Source: Gammaproteobacteria bacterium (GTDB lineage Bacteria; Pseudomonadota; Gammaproteobacteria; DRLM01). From it: a DNA stretch of 64,000 nt. The notes below the pieces were generated by a model, which was not told the DNA's origin, ran no database searches, and worked only from the letters and a program-made list of their open reading frames with translations. The DNA is taken from positions 3,917 through 67,916 of the forward strand of contig JARRQJ010000003.1 in assembly GCA_037381915.1 (NCBI GenBank), read 5' to 3'. Positions 41,882 to 50,489 of this stretch are shown piece by piece (within the stretch, counting starts at the first letter, position 1; the number at the start of each line of letters is the position of its first letter). The translations under genes were made by a program, and so were the position numbers.

Positions 41882-42080
41882 TCTTTGATATTTTTCATAT
41901 TATCAATAAGTTACAAAGATACCGTGTCCAGATTATGCCTGCCGCACGACAACAACGCACATACAAGCCATCCTCATTGGAGCTCCGATTGAACAGGAGG
42001 CTCGATGCGACCCACGATACAGCCGAGCCCGCGATATATTCTTATTTGAATAATTATACATGTAGATATATAATCCCCGC

Positions 42081-42401
42081 ATGAAGGATGTCCGATTCTG
42101 TGGTCGCTCTCTCGATGTGCTTCGCGACTTTCCGGCAGACGCGAAGCGTGAAGCCGGTTATCAGTTGGACCGGGTTCAACATGGATTGGAGCCAACCGAT
42201 TGGAAACCGATGCCGTCGATCGGATCGGGTGTTCGGGAGATCCGAATCATGCATGAAGGCCAGTATCGGGTGATTTATGTGGCGAAGTTCGCGGAAGCCG
42301 TCTATATCCTGCATGCCTTCCAGAAGAAAGCCCAGAAGACACGGAAACAGGATATCGATGCAGCAAAGCAGGCGCTGAAGCAGCTTCAAAATGAGGTGTG
42401 A
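42081..42401 (+). CDS. higB: type II toxin, RelE/ParE superfamily (HigB / phage Gp49-like)
   Basis: 106 aa. ...DWKPMPSIGSGVREIRI...YRVIYVAKFAEAVYILHAFQKKAQKTRKQDIDAAKQ matches the Gp49/HigB pattern (F.KK.QKT...I..A). The toxin-first order is typical of hig loci. Confidence 0.8.
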   Translation: MKDVRFCGRSLDVLRDFPADAKREAGYQLDRVQHGLEPTDWKPMPSIGSGVREIRIMHEGQYRVIYVAKFAEAVYILHAFQKKAQKTRKQDIDAAKQALKQLQNEV

Positions 42402-42683
42402 ATGATGACTAAAAATGTCCGGTTTACCAGTGTCTGGGATGCCTTGGAGGATGACCCGGTGCGCCAGGAGAATCTAAAGTTACGTTCTGTGTTGATGATG
42501 GAAATTGCGGAACGAATAAAGGATCAGGGCCTGACGCAAGCTCAAGCTGCTGAAGTGCTGCATATCACCCAGCCGCGAGTCAGCGCCCTTCTACATGGGA
42601 AGATTAACGATTTTCGTCTGGACAGCCTGGTCGACATGGCGCATCGACTAGGAATGCACGTTTCAATTAGCGTGGCCGCATGA
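42402..42683 (+). CDS. higA: XRE-family HTH antitoxin (HigA-like)
   Basis: 93 aa. It starts immediately after the higB stop (TGAATG). HTH GLTQAQAAEVLHITQPRVSALLHGK...F.LDSL. Confidence 0.8.
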   Translation: MMTKNVRFTSVWDALEDDPVRQENLKLRSVLMMEIAERIKDQGLTQAQAAEVLHITQPRVSALLHGKINDFRLDSLVDMAHRLGMHVSISVAA

Positions 42684-42812
42684 GATAACTCCCTCGACGC
42701 AAGGCAACGCATCCAGGCTGTAGCACTAGAGGGATTGGCGTTTAGTGCTGTAGCCGAGGCCTTTAGTGGACTTAGAAGGGACTGATGTGAACAGGAGCAG
42801 CATTAACGGCGC

Positions 42813-44267
42813 ATGACGACGCAGTTCTTCTCCGAGACTCGGCAGCACTTCTTCCGGCCTCTTACCGGAAAATACCGCGCCATGGTAGCCAACTGTCTAC
42901 AGGCGCTGTATTCACGCCTACACGGCCCAGAGGCCGACTACAGCACGCTGGTCACACGCGACGAGCTCATCGCCTTGCTGCTCCCAGTAGTCACCGAAAG
43001 CCCCGTGCTCGAGTCTGACGGCACCGAATCAGAGGAGGACTCCGGTGAAGACGAGCGCGCCAGGCTCAACGCGATCATCCGCCAGCTTATCGAGCACGGC
43101 TGGATCGAGACGCTCGCCGACAAATCTCAACTCGTGTCCGTCTACCGCCTCACGCGCGCCGGCAAGGTGTTCACGGAAGGGTTTCTTACACTCGAGGGGC
43201 GCGGTCTGCGCTCACGCCAGCGCAACGTGCGCAACACCCGTAACTCGCTCGCTCGCTACCTTGAGGACGGGGATCCGTTCAACCTGGTCGACGCCCTTAC
43301 TACAGCGGGACAGATCAACTCCGACCTATCTGACGACATCGACGACCTCCACGAGCGGCGCGCGGAACTACTGCGCGGTGCCGCCGGGCGCTACCGTGAG
43401 GCCTTCGATGAGTTCCTCGAATACATGAGGACGCACTTCGTGCCGGACCTATCGGTACGCCTGTCGGCCGATAGCGTCGAGAGTCACCGCAGCAGCATTC
43501 TCGCCAGTATTGAGGTCGTCCGCAGTTGGTCGGAGGAACAGCTCGACCGCGCAGCAGCAGACCTAGCGCGACTTTTCCCGGAGGTCGACACTTTTGGTAT
43601 CGGCAACCCGTTACTGCGCCTATTCGACCGCATCGAAAGCCTCGTCGATTCCGCCTGTGATGGCAAAATGCCCGAATTGCGCACCGCCTTGAGCGGGTTT
43701 GTGCGCCAAGCCGACGTGCTGATCCGACAGGCACAGGCGCTGTCGATCCATACGGAGGGCTCGCCTGCCCTGCTGTTCGACCGCCTCGGCAAACTTACAG
43801 ACAATCAGCGCGCGAGTTTCTTCAGCCAGGTGGGCATATCCGTGCTTCCGCCCTCCCCGGCGCTGCTCGACCCAGGCAAGATCAAGCGTGACGCGCCGAA
43901 ACCGCGCCGCACGATCGCCACCCTCAGCGAGACGCCACCGCCGACGCGCGAGGAGCTGCTCGCCGCCGCGCTCGCCAGTGCCCGCGAAGCGGCGTTCGCC
44001 CTGACCATTCCGAGTATCCGCAAGCGTGTTATAGCCCAGATTGGTGATGCGCCCTCGCTGCACATTCGCGACTTCCACGTTGTCGATGCCCTCGACCTGC
44101 TGGCACTGAGCCACTGCATTGAGATCGGCGCCGTCGGCTACCCCAACGATGAGCCTCGCCTGGTCGTCGATCCGGTGCTGGACAACGACGGCACCCCCAT
44201 CTGGGCCGATACACCCTATGGTCGGATCGAGGATTTCCGGATTCGCAAGGATTTCAGCCATGTCTGA
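42813..44267 (+). CDS. jetA: JetA-like (kleisin-like) subunit of a Wadjet/MksBEFG-type SMC complex
   Basis: 484 aa, first gene of a translationally coupled four-gene operon. Winged-helix-like segment RLNAIIRQLIEHGWIETL...VYRLTRAG. The assignment rests mainly on operon position and size. Confidence 0.6.
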   Translation: MTTQFFSETRQHFFRPLTGKYRAMVANCLQALYSRLHGPEADYSTLVTRDELIALLLPVVTESPVLESDGTESEEDSGEDERARLNAIIRQLIEHGWIETLADKSQLVSVYRLTRAGKVFTEGFLTLEGRGLRSRQRNVRNTRNSLARYLEDGDPFNLVDALTTAGQINSDLSDDIDDLHERRAELLRGAAGRYREAFDEFLEYMRTHFVPDLSVRLSADSVESHRSSILASIEVVRSWSEEQLDRAAADLARLFPEVDTFGIGNPLLRLFDRIESLVDSACDGKMPELRTALSGFVRQADVLIRQAQALSIHTEGSPALLFDRLGKLTDNQRASFFSQVGISVLPPSPALLDPGKIKRDAPKPRRTIATLSETPPPTREELLAAALASAREAAFALTIPSIRKRVIAQIGDAPSLHIRDFHVVDALDLLALSHCIEIGAVGYPNDEPRLVVDPVLDNDGTPIWADTPYGRIEDFRIRKDFSHV

Positions 44268-44955
44268 TGCCTGGGTGGACAATTTCGAAGATGCGCTGCA
44301 GCAGGCGCACATCAATGGCGAAAGCTTCCGCGAGGCGCTGCATCGACTGCTCGAGTACGGCGCCGTGGTCGCCGGAGACACCCAGCCGGAACGGCGCATC
44401 TACGACACGGTCACCCGCGGCTTCTCGCTGTTCGACAACTACCTGCAGCAGATGGGCTGCCGCCTCTACCACGACCGCCAGCTCGAGTACCTGCGCCTGT
44501 ACCCACCCGGGGCACGCATCCCTGGCGTCGAAGATGACGGCCTTCCCGCAGAGGGGTTGCGCGAACGTCTCAACCAGACCGAGGCCGCCACCCTAATGGT
44601 GCTGCGATTCCTGTACGATCAGAAGCTCGGCGAAGGCCAAGTGGATGACGACCAGGAGGCGGCGGTGCAGCTCGATGAGCTCACCTCCCTGATGAGCACC
44701 GCACTGGACCAGGTGCTGCCCACGAACCTCTCCGAGCGCCGCCAGATCCTGCGCCGCTTGCAGCGGCTCAAAGCCATTCGGGTTGATCCGGACGCCGATC
44801 TGCAGTCGCCGGAGAACTGGCTGTTCATTCGCCCGATGATCCTTACCCTGGTCAGCCCCGAATGGATCGAAGCGGTCAATCAGCGCATCGAGTCGACGAT
44901 CGAGCCTGACGGAGAGTCCGATGTAGACAACGAGGGCGTCGCCGATGTGGATTAA
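44260..44955 (+). CDS. jetB: JetB-like (MukE-like) small acidic subunit
   Basis: 231 aa. The ATG overlaps the jetA stop (ATGTCTGA). The pattern ...LLEYGAVV......Y..V.......DNYL...G..L..D..LEYLRL......RL...E...L.VLRFLY is reminiscent of DUF4194/MukE-like proteins. Acidic C-terminus. Confidence 0.6.
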   Translation: MSDAWVDNFEDALQQAHINGESFREALHRLLEYGAVVAGDTQPERRIYDTVTRGFSLFDNYLQQMGCRLYHDRQLEYLRLYPPGARIPGVEDDGLPAEGLRERLNQTEAATLMVLRFLYDQKLGEGQVDDDQEAAVQLDELTSLMSTALDQVLPTNLSERRQILRRLQRLKAIRVDPDADLQSPENWLFIRPMILTLVSPEWIEAVNQRIESTIEPDGESDVDNEGVADVD

Positions 44956-47900
44956 CAAGGTCGTCACCCTCAACTGGGGCACGCTACCCGACCGCGAATA
45001 CCCGCTCGGGGAGGTCACTTTGCTCGCGGGTCATACCGGCTCAGGCAAGAGCACGCTGGAGGACGCTATCCAGACGGTCATGACCGCCGCCCACCACGGG
45101 CTGTTCGCCTACAACCCGGGACAGGATGAGGCCAAACAGGGTGCGCGTTCCGGTAAGAAGGCGCGCAGTCTCGCTTCCTATATCCTCGGTGCAGATCGCG
45201 ATCGTTACGCACGGCCCGGCGGCGCCCACGGCTATGTTGCCTTGGTGTTTCGCCCTTCTGGCGAGGAGGACGGGCCTGCCTTCGCCGCGGTGTTCGGCGT
45301 CACCGCCAGCCTGGAAGAAGTGGGTGCTGGCGACAAGGTGCGCCGCGTACCACGCGAGTTGAACACCCAGATGATGCTAGTCCAGGCGGAGATTGGTATC
45401 GGAGATCTCGCCGAGCGCGCCGGGTCCTACGCCTTTGACGTCACTGACACCAAGGACGTCTACAACCGGTTGCGTGAACGTTTCGGACGTGATGCGGTGC
45501 GCGAGTTCAGCAGCAAGGAGAGTTATCTGTCCTACCTGTGGGGTGCGTTACGCGGTCGCGCCGGCAGCCTCGACGTTAAGGTAGCCAAGCGGGCCGCGCA
45601 GACTTTCTCCCAGGCAATGGCCTACAAACCCATCCGCTCAATCGACCGCTTCGTCAAGGATGAGATACTCCGCCCGAAAGACGTGAGCGCCGATGTTGCA
45701 CATCTTTCGAGTCTTGTACAACAAATGCACAAGATGCGCGAGGACGCCGAGACCATCAACCGGCGAACCGAGATGCTTGCCGCGATCCTCAAGGAGGGCG
45801 AGTTCGCGGCGCGCGCCTGGCTGTCGCGCAGCGAAACTCTTTACGTCAAGGCCGCCGGCATGGCGCATCGCAACTCCCAGGCGATTGAGCGGGCAACCAC
45901 CGAACGCGCCAAGGCCCAGAAAGATGCAGGCAGCGCCGAACAGCAATACCATCTGCTGGAGCAACAGGTCACCAACCTGGAGTCCCTGCGCACTCAACTC
46001 GACCGCCAACGCGGTGAGCACCCCAAGCTCTCCGAGCGCGGCCAACTTGAGGATACGCTGGAGCGATTCCGGGAGGACTATGGGCGACTGCGCCAAGCCC
46101 TGAGCGGCAAGACTCAGGAACTCAACACCATCCGCGACACATTGCGAGCGTTGCGTAACACGCCGGCCGCTCTGCGGGTCGACCCGGTTTTTGCCGATGC
46201 GTTCAAGCAGCTCGACCAAGCCCTGACGCTGTCAATTGGGCTCGACAGCGATGAACTACATACTGACATCATTCACGTACTCCGACACGAACCGGAGGCC
46301 GAAGGCACCGGTGAGGCGCTGCAGCGTCTGCGTGACGAATTGGGCGAGTCGGAGACCGCTATCGGATTGATCGAGGAGTCGATTAAGGGCGAGGTGGGTT
46401 TGCTCTCCCTCGTGCAGGAGCACTATTTCCAGCATGCGTCCCACGAAAAAGGGCTTGTAGAACGCCAGCGAGAGCTGCACGCGGAGATCCGTGAACTGTC
46501 CGAGGCGCGGCGCGTGAGCTATCTCAGGACGGCGTCCGAAGGGTTCGCCCTCCTACAGGCGCAACTGCCGGAGGCCAAGCCGCGGGTGTTGTGCGACCTG
46601 GTGGCCGTCCGGCCCAGCGAGGAGGAATGGCAACACGCCATCGAGGGCTATCTTGGCAACAACCGCTATATGCTCATCGTCGAGCAGAAATATGAGGTCG
46701 AGGCCAACCGCTTGCTGCGCCAGCACCCGGCCAAGGTCGCGCAAACCCATCGCATACTGCAGCGGGCTAGCGAACCGTTGCGCGCTGGTTCCATCGTCGA
46801 GTGCCTAGCCGTCGACGACCCGATCGCACAGGCCTATCTGCGTGCCGCCTATGGTGATGTCGTGAAAGTGCCGGACTTCGAGATACTGCGCCGTACCGCG
46901 CGCGGCGTCATGAAAGACGGGCGTTCCGCCGGTGGCTTCGCTACCGGTCGCTCCTGGGCTGAGGACCGCGACCTGGTATTCGGAGAAAGCGGGCGTCGTC
47001 GCCGTTTGGCCGCCCGCACAAGCGAGCTCACCCAACTTGACCGTCAATTGAACGATATCGGTAATCGGCGTAGTCGGTTGCAGGGTCTGAAGAGGCACCT
47101 TGAATCTATCCGCAGTCCTAATATTGTCGAGACCCTGTCCAACCTGATACACACCCGTATCGATCTAATCGAGGCTAAAGGTCGCCTAGCGACGCTTGAC
47201 CTAGGCGATGGCGTCGAGCTCGAGGCGCGCTATCAGAAGGTGCAAGCAGATTATAAGGCCGCGCTATCCGACAAGGAAAAGACAGCCGAGCGTCGGGTGA
47301 TCGCGCAACGCAAGGTTGAGGAGATGGAGAAAGAGATCGTACAGCTGCGTACACAGCAGATCGAACTGAATACACACCGAGAGAATGCCTATGGGCTGCT
47401 CGAGTGGCTTGATGGTGCCTCAGCCGACTACTCGCTGGAGGCGCAGATTGATGGGCTCAATGCCCAGGCGTCCGGCTTTGACGAGCAGATGAATAAGGCG
47501 CTCGATGCCCGCGTCACGGGCCACGAGGGCAATGTGGCCCGGCACCTCGGCGGGTTTCGCGACGGGCTGTATGGCTATAATCAAATGGCCGATACCTACC
47601 AGCGTGTGTTGTGGCCAGAAGTGCCGCTATCATCCGTCAGTTCTCAGGATGACTTCAGTTTGTTGCTGTCGATGATCGACGAGACACGCCGGCAACACGA
47701 TCGACACAAGAATCACCTGCTGGCCGTGGCGGAAGCGGAACTGCGCAACCTCGCTGAGCAGGTCAACAATGCGATCACGGCGAATTTCTGCCAGGTTATC
47801 AACCGCAGCCTGCAGGACGGACGCGATCAGATCCAGCGACTGAACCGTGCTCTGGAGGGCTATCACTTCAACGACGAGACCTATCGCTTCCACGCCGAAG

Positions 47901-48637
47901 CGGTGACCGACATGTCTCGTTACAACAGCCTGTTCGATGAGCTGAGCCGTGCTTACGATGTGCGCGGCGAACGGCTCGATCTATTCGGCGACGAATCCGG
48001 CAGTCTCAGTGAGGAAAGCCGCAAGACGCTGAACGAGCTGCTCGCGCTACTCGAACAGGGCGATCAGCAACAAGCACGCGAAAAACTCGAGCAGATCACC
48101 GACTACCGCAATTACCATAACTATGATGTCATCGCATACACCGGGGACGGCCACACCCTGAGCCTCGGCGAAAGCGCCACAGGCTCTGGCGGCCAGACCG
48201 AGACGCCCGCCTACGTGATCCGCTTAGCGGCGATCAGCAACGCTTACGGTCTCAACGACGAGCGCGGTCCGCGCCTGCGTTCCATCGTGCTCGACGAGGC
48301 CTTCTCCAAGATGGATGAGCCACGCACCGCGGAGGTTCTGCGCTTGTTCGCCGATGCTCGCTTCCGCTTTCAGGTAGTGTTTGCCATGCCGACGAAGAAC
48401 GCAGGCGCCTTCCAGCCGTTATTAACTCACAAGTACGTGTTCACCCGCACCAAGGCCACTGTGCCGCACGGCGAATTGCCCGACCGCACGCTGGTGAAGC
48501 TCGAGCTACCCGACCGCGCCGAGACACGCCGCCTGTGGGATCGTCATCTTGAGACGGTCGAGACGCAGGCGCGCCTGGAGTTTGAGGTCGAGAACCCCGA
48601 GCTGCCACCCGATCCCGTCTCCACGTCATCGTCATGA
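44945..48637 (+). CDS. jetC: JetC-like SMC-family ATPase
   Basis: 1230 aa. N-terminal head MWINKVVTLNWGTLPDREYPLGEVTLLAGHTGSGKSTLEDAIQ (Walker A G29-T37). The central region of about 700 aa is E/R/L/Q-rich (coiled-coil-like). Signature-like SGGQTETPAY and Walker B RSIVLDEAFSKMDE lie near the C-terminus. Confidence 0.8.
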   Translation: MWINKVVTLNWGTLPDREYPLGEVTLLAGHTGSGKSTLEDAIQTVMTAAHHGLFAYNPGQDEAKQGARSGKKARSLASYILGADRDRYARPGGAHGYVALVFRPSGEEDGPAFAAVFGVTASLEEVGAGDKVRRVPRELNTQMMLVQAEIGIGDLAERAGSYAFDVTDTKDVYNRLRERFGRDAVREFSSKESYLSYLWGALRGRAGSLDVKVAKRAAQTFSQAMAYKPIRSIDRFVKDEILRPKDVSADVAHLSSLVQQMHKMREDAETINRRTEMLAAILKEGEFAARAWLSRSETLYVKAAGMAHRNSQAIERATTERAKAQKDAGSAEQQYHLLEQQVTNLESLRTQLDRQRGEHPKLSERGQLEDTLERFREDYGRLRQALSGKTQELNTIRDTLRALRNTPAALRVDPVFADAFKQLDQALTLSIGLDSDELHTDIIHVLRHEPEAEGTGEALQRLRDELGESETAIGLIEESIKGEVGLLSLVQEHYFQHASHEKGLVERQRELHAEIRELSEARRVSYLRTASEGFALLQAQLPEAKPRVLCDLVAVRPSEEEWQHAIEGYLGNNRYMLIVEQKYEVEANRLLRQHPAKVAQTHRILQRASEPLRAGSIVECLAVDDPIAQAYLRAAYGDVVKVPDFEILRRTARGVMKDGRSAGGFATGRSWAEDRDLVFGESGRRRRLAARTSELTQLDRQLNDIGNRRSRLQGLKRHLESIRSPNIVETLSNLIHTRIDLIEAKGRLATLDLGDGVELEARYQKVQADYKAALSDKEKTAERRVIAQRKVEEMEKEIVQLRTQQIELNTHRENAYGLLEWLDGASADYSLEAQIDGLNAQASGFDEQMNKALDARVTGHEGNVARHLGGFRDGLYGYNQMADTYQRVLWPEVPLSSVSSQDDFSLLLSMIDETRRQHDRHKNHLLAVAEAELRNLAEQVNNAITANFCQVINRSLQDGRDQIQRLNRALEGYHFNDETYRFHAEAVTDMSRYNSLFDELSRAYDVRGERLDLFGDESGSLSEESRKTLNELLALLEQGDQQQAREKLEQITDYRNYHNYDVIAYTGDGHTLSLGESATGSGGQTETPAYVIRLAAISNAYGLNDERGPRLRSIVLDEAFSKMDEPRTAEVLRLFADARFRFQVVFAMPTKNAGAFQPLLTHKYVFTRTKATVPHGELPDRTLVKLELPDRAETRRLWDRHLETVETQARLEFEVENPELPPDPVSTSSS

Positions 48638-49767
48638 GTGATTTCGCGCCGCATCTGGAAGAGCCCGCAGTACGCGCCTTGCTTGACCGACTCGTCGACC
48701 TCCTTGATCGCACGCCGCTTGCCGAAAGGTCGCGCCCGCCCGGATTTCGTGTGAATCCCCGTGAATTGCCAATATTTTTCGCGATCGAGGATGCCCAGGA
48801 CCGCCGGCTGGTATGGCGCTTCATCGAGCAGTTGCGCGATGCCGGCTGGATTCAGATCGCCGGCAAGCGCCACGGTGCAGGCCAGGCGCCGTGGGAGGTG
48901 TCGCCGCGCCTCACGTTGGTGCCGCAGGCCGAGGGGGCGGTGCGTGCCGCGCTCGGTCGGGAGTTCGTCGAAACCCCCTACGCGCGGCAATGGCGCGAGG
49001 CGGTGCTGGCCGCCGCGCCGCGATTTGCCGGTGATGCCCGGCCGATCAGCCGCACACCCATCGAAGTGCCCGATGCCGCGCCCGAACAGATCATCGATCG
49101 GATCTGCAAGATGGCGGATCTGGCGCCGGGAACCCTCACCCGCGAGGCTAGCGCCCGTTATTTGTGGGGATTATCGAAACTATTAGATAACCGGGTCGAT
49201 GCGGTCAATGCCGCGCTGGGCCGGGCCGTGCTTCGCGAAAAGCCGCTTCTGGTTAACGTGCATGTGCCAAGCGACGCGCTACGCGAGGTGCTGTTCATCG
49301 AAAACGAGGTATCGTACCTGATGGCGATTGCTGCCTGTCCCGCGTGGCGGGCATTGGTATGGAGTTCCGGCTTCATGGCATCCGCCCGACGATTGCGCGA
49401 GCACGGTGGAATGACGATACATGCTACTGCAGCGAGCGCACGTGACGGTCTGTTCCGGCTCGAGATGTTGCTGCAAGGCGCCGAAGAGCTGCCATTCGCC
49501 TTCTTCGGCGATCTCGACTATGCGGGGATGCGGATCTTGCGTCAGTTGCGCGAGAGTTTTCCGTCGATGAGTGCCTGGCATGCTGGCTACCGAGCGTTGT
49601 TGCATCAGCTCGAGCGCGGTGATGGTCACTCGCCTGGGGCCGGCGATAAAGCCGGGCAGATCGATCCCGGGGCGACTGGGTGCATGTATGCCGACGGGAC
49701 AATACTCCCAGCCATTCGAGCATTAGGAAAGTTCGTAGACCAAGAAGGCTACAGTTGGATCGACTAA
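48634..49767 (+). CDS. jetD: JetD-like Toprim-domain nuclease subunit
   Basis: 377 aa. The start overlaps the jetC stop (ATGA). Toprim-type acidic motifs are in the C-terminal half (VLFIENEVSY; FAFFGDLDYAGMRILRQL). Confidence 0.65.
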   Translation: MSDFAPHLEEPAVRALLDRLVDLLDRTPLAERSRPPGFRVNPRELPIFFAIEDAQDRRLVWRFIEQLRDAGWIQIAGKRHGAGQAPWEVSPRLTLVPQAEGAVRAALGREFVETPYARQWREAVLAAAPRFAGDARPISRTPIEVPDAAPEQIIDRICKMADLAPGTLTREASARYLWGLSKLLDNRVDAVNAALGRAVLREKPLLVNVHVPSDALREVLFIENEVSYLMAIAACPAWRALVWSSGFMASARRLREHGGMTIHATAASARDGLFRLEMLLQGAEELPFAFFGDLDYAGMRILRQLRESFPSMSAWHAGYRALLHQLERGDGHSPGAGDKAGQIDPGATGCMYADGTILPAIRALGKFVDQEGYSWID

Positions 49768-50223
49768 TATTCGCTGGGAGTCAACGAATATCGGGAAAGG
49801 GGAATATCCGAGAATTTCAATTTCAACCAGAGTGTCGCCTCAGCGGTCCGCTTGTACACCTCAGTAACCTGGACTGCTTTTCTATTTCCGATCTCTGCTG
49901 CCGGACGTGTGTACACCGAAGGATGGTGGAAAGAGGTGCGCGCGCCAGGCCGTGGTGGACACATGTGAGCTGCTAAGGCCTGTATAAAGTCGCTGAAGTT
50001 ATCGTGTGAATTACTAAATCCGGAATTGGCCAAGCTCTCTAGACTAACCATCCACGCCGACCCGAGAACGATGTCACAAATCGTGTCTAACTGGACATGA
50101 AAAACAGCGGTGCCCGTAGTTTGATGGATCGTTAACTGTCTATCCTGACAGCAGTCTTCTCTAGTAAGGAATCAACCGTATCGAGGGTTCATGATGTCTA
50201 TTAATTAATTGTTTTTATTATAT

Positions 50224-50317
<94 letters not shown>

Positions 50318-50489
50318 CGGGACTGCATGCGCAGGGCATGCAAAGGCAGAGAAGGGTAAACTAGAATTCAGTCAGGCGCAACGGTTAAGCAAAGGGACCG
50401 GTTGCCACTTTTACGGATCGTCCGATAGATAGGAAAAGGCCCGCCACCGTGATATATACAAAATCAAGAGCCGTACAGGATGTCCGCCG

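Noticed and set aside
49764-50051. The 95-aa minus-strand ORF next to tRNA-Ser as an integrase, excisionase or AlpA-like gene.
   Set aside because: It has no HTH or recombinase motif. The composition is not convincing, and it overlaps the jetD stop. I kept it only as a note inside the missing-integrase finding.
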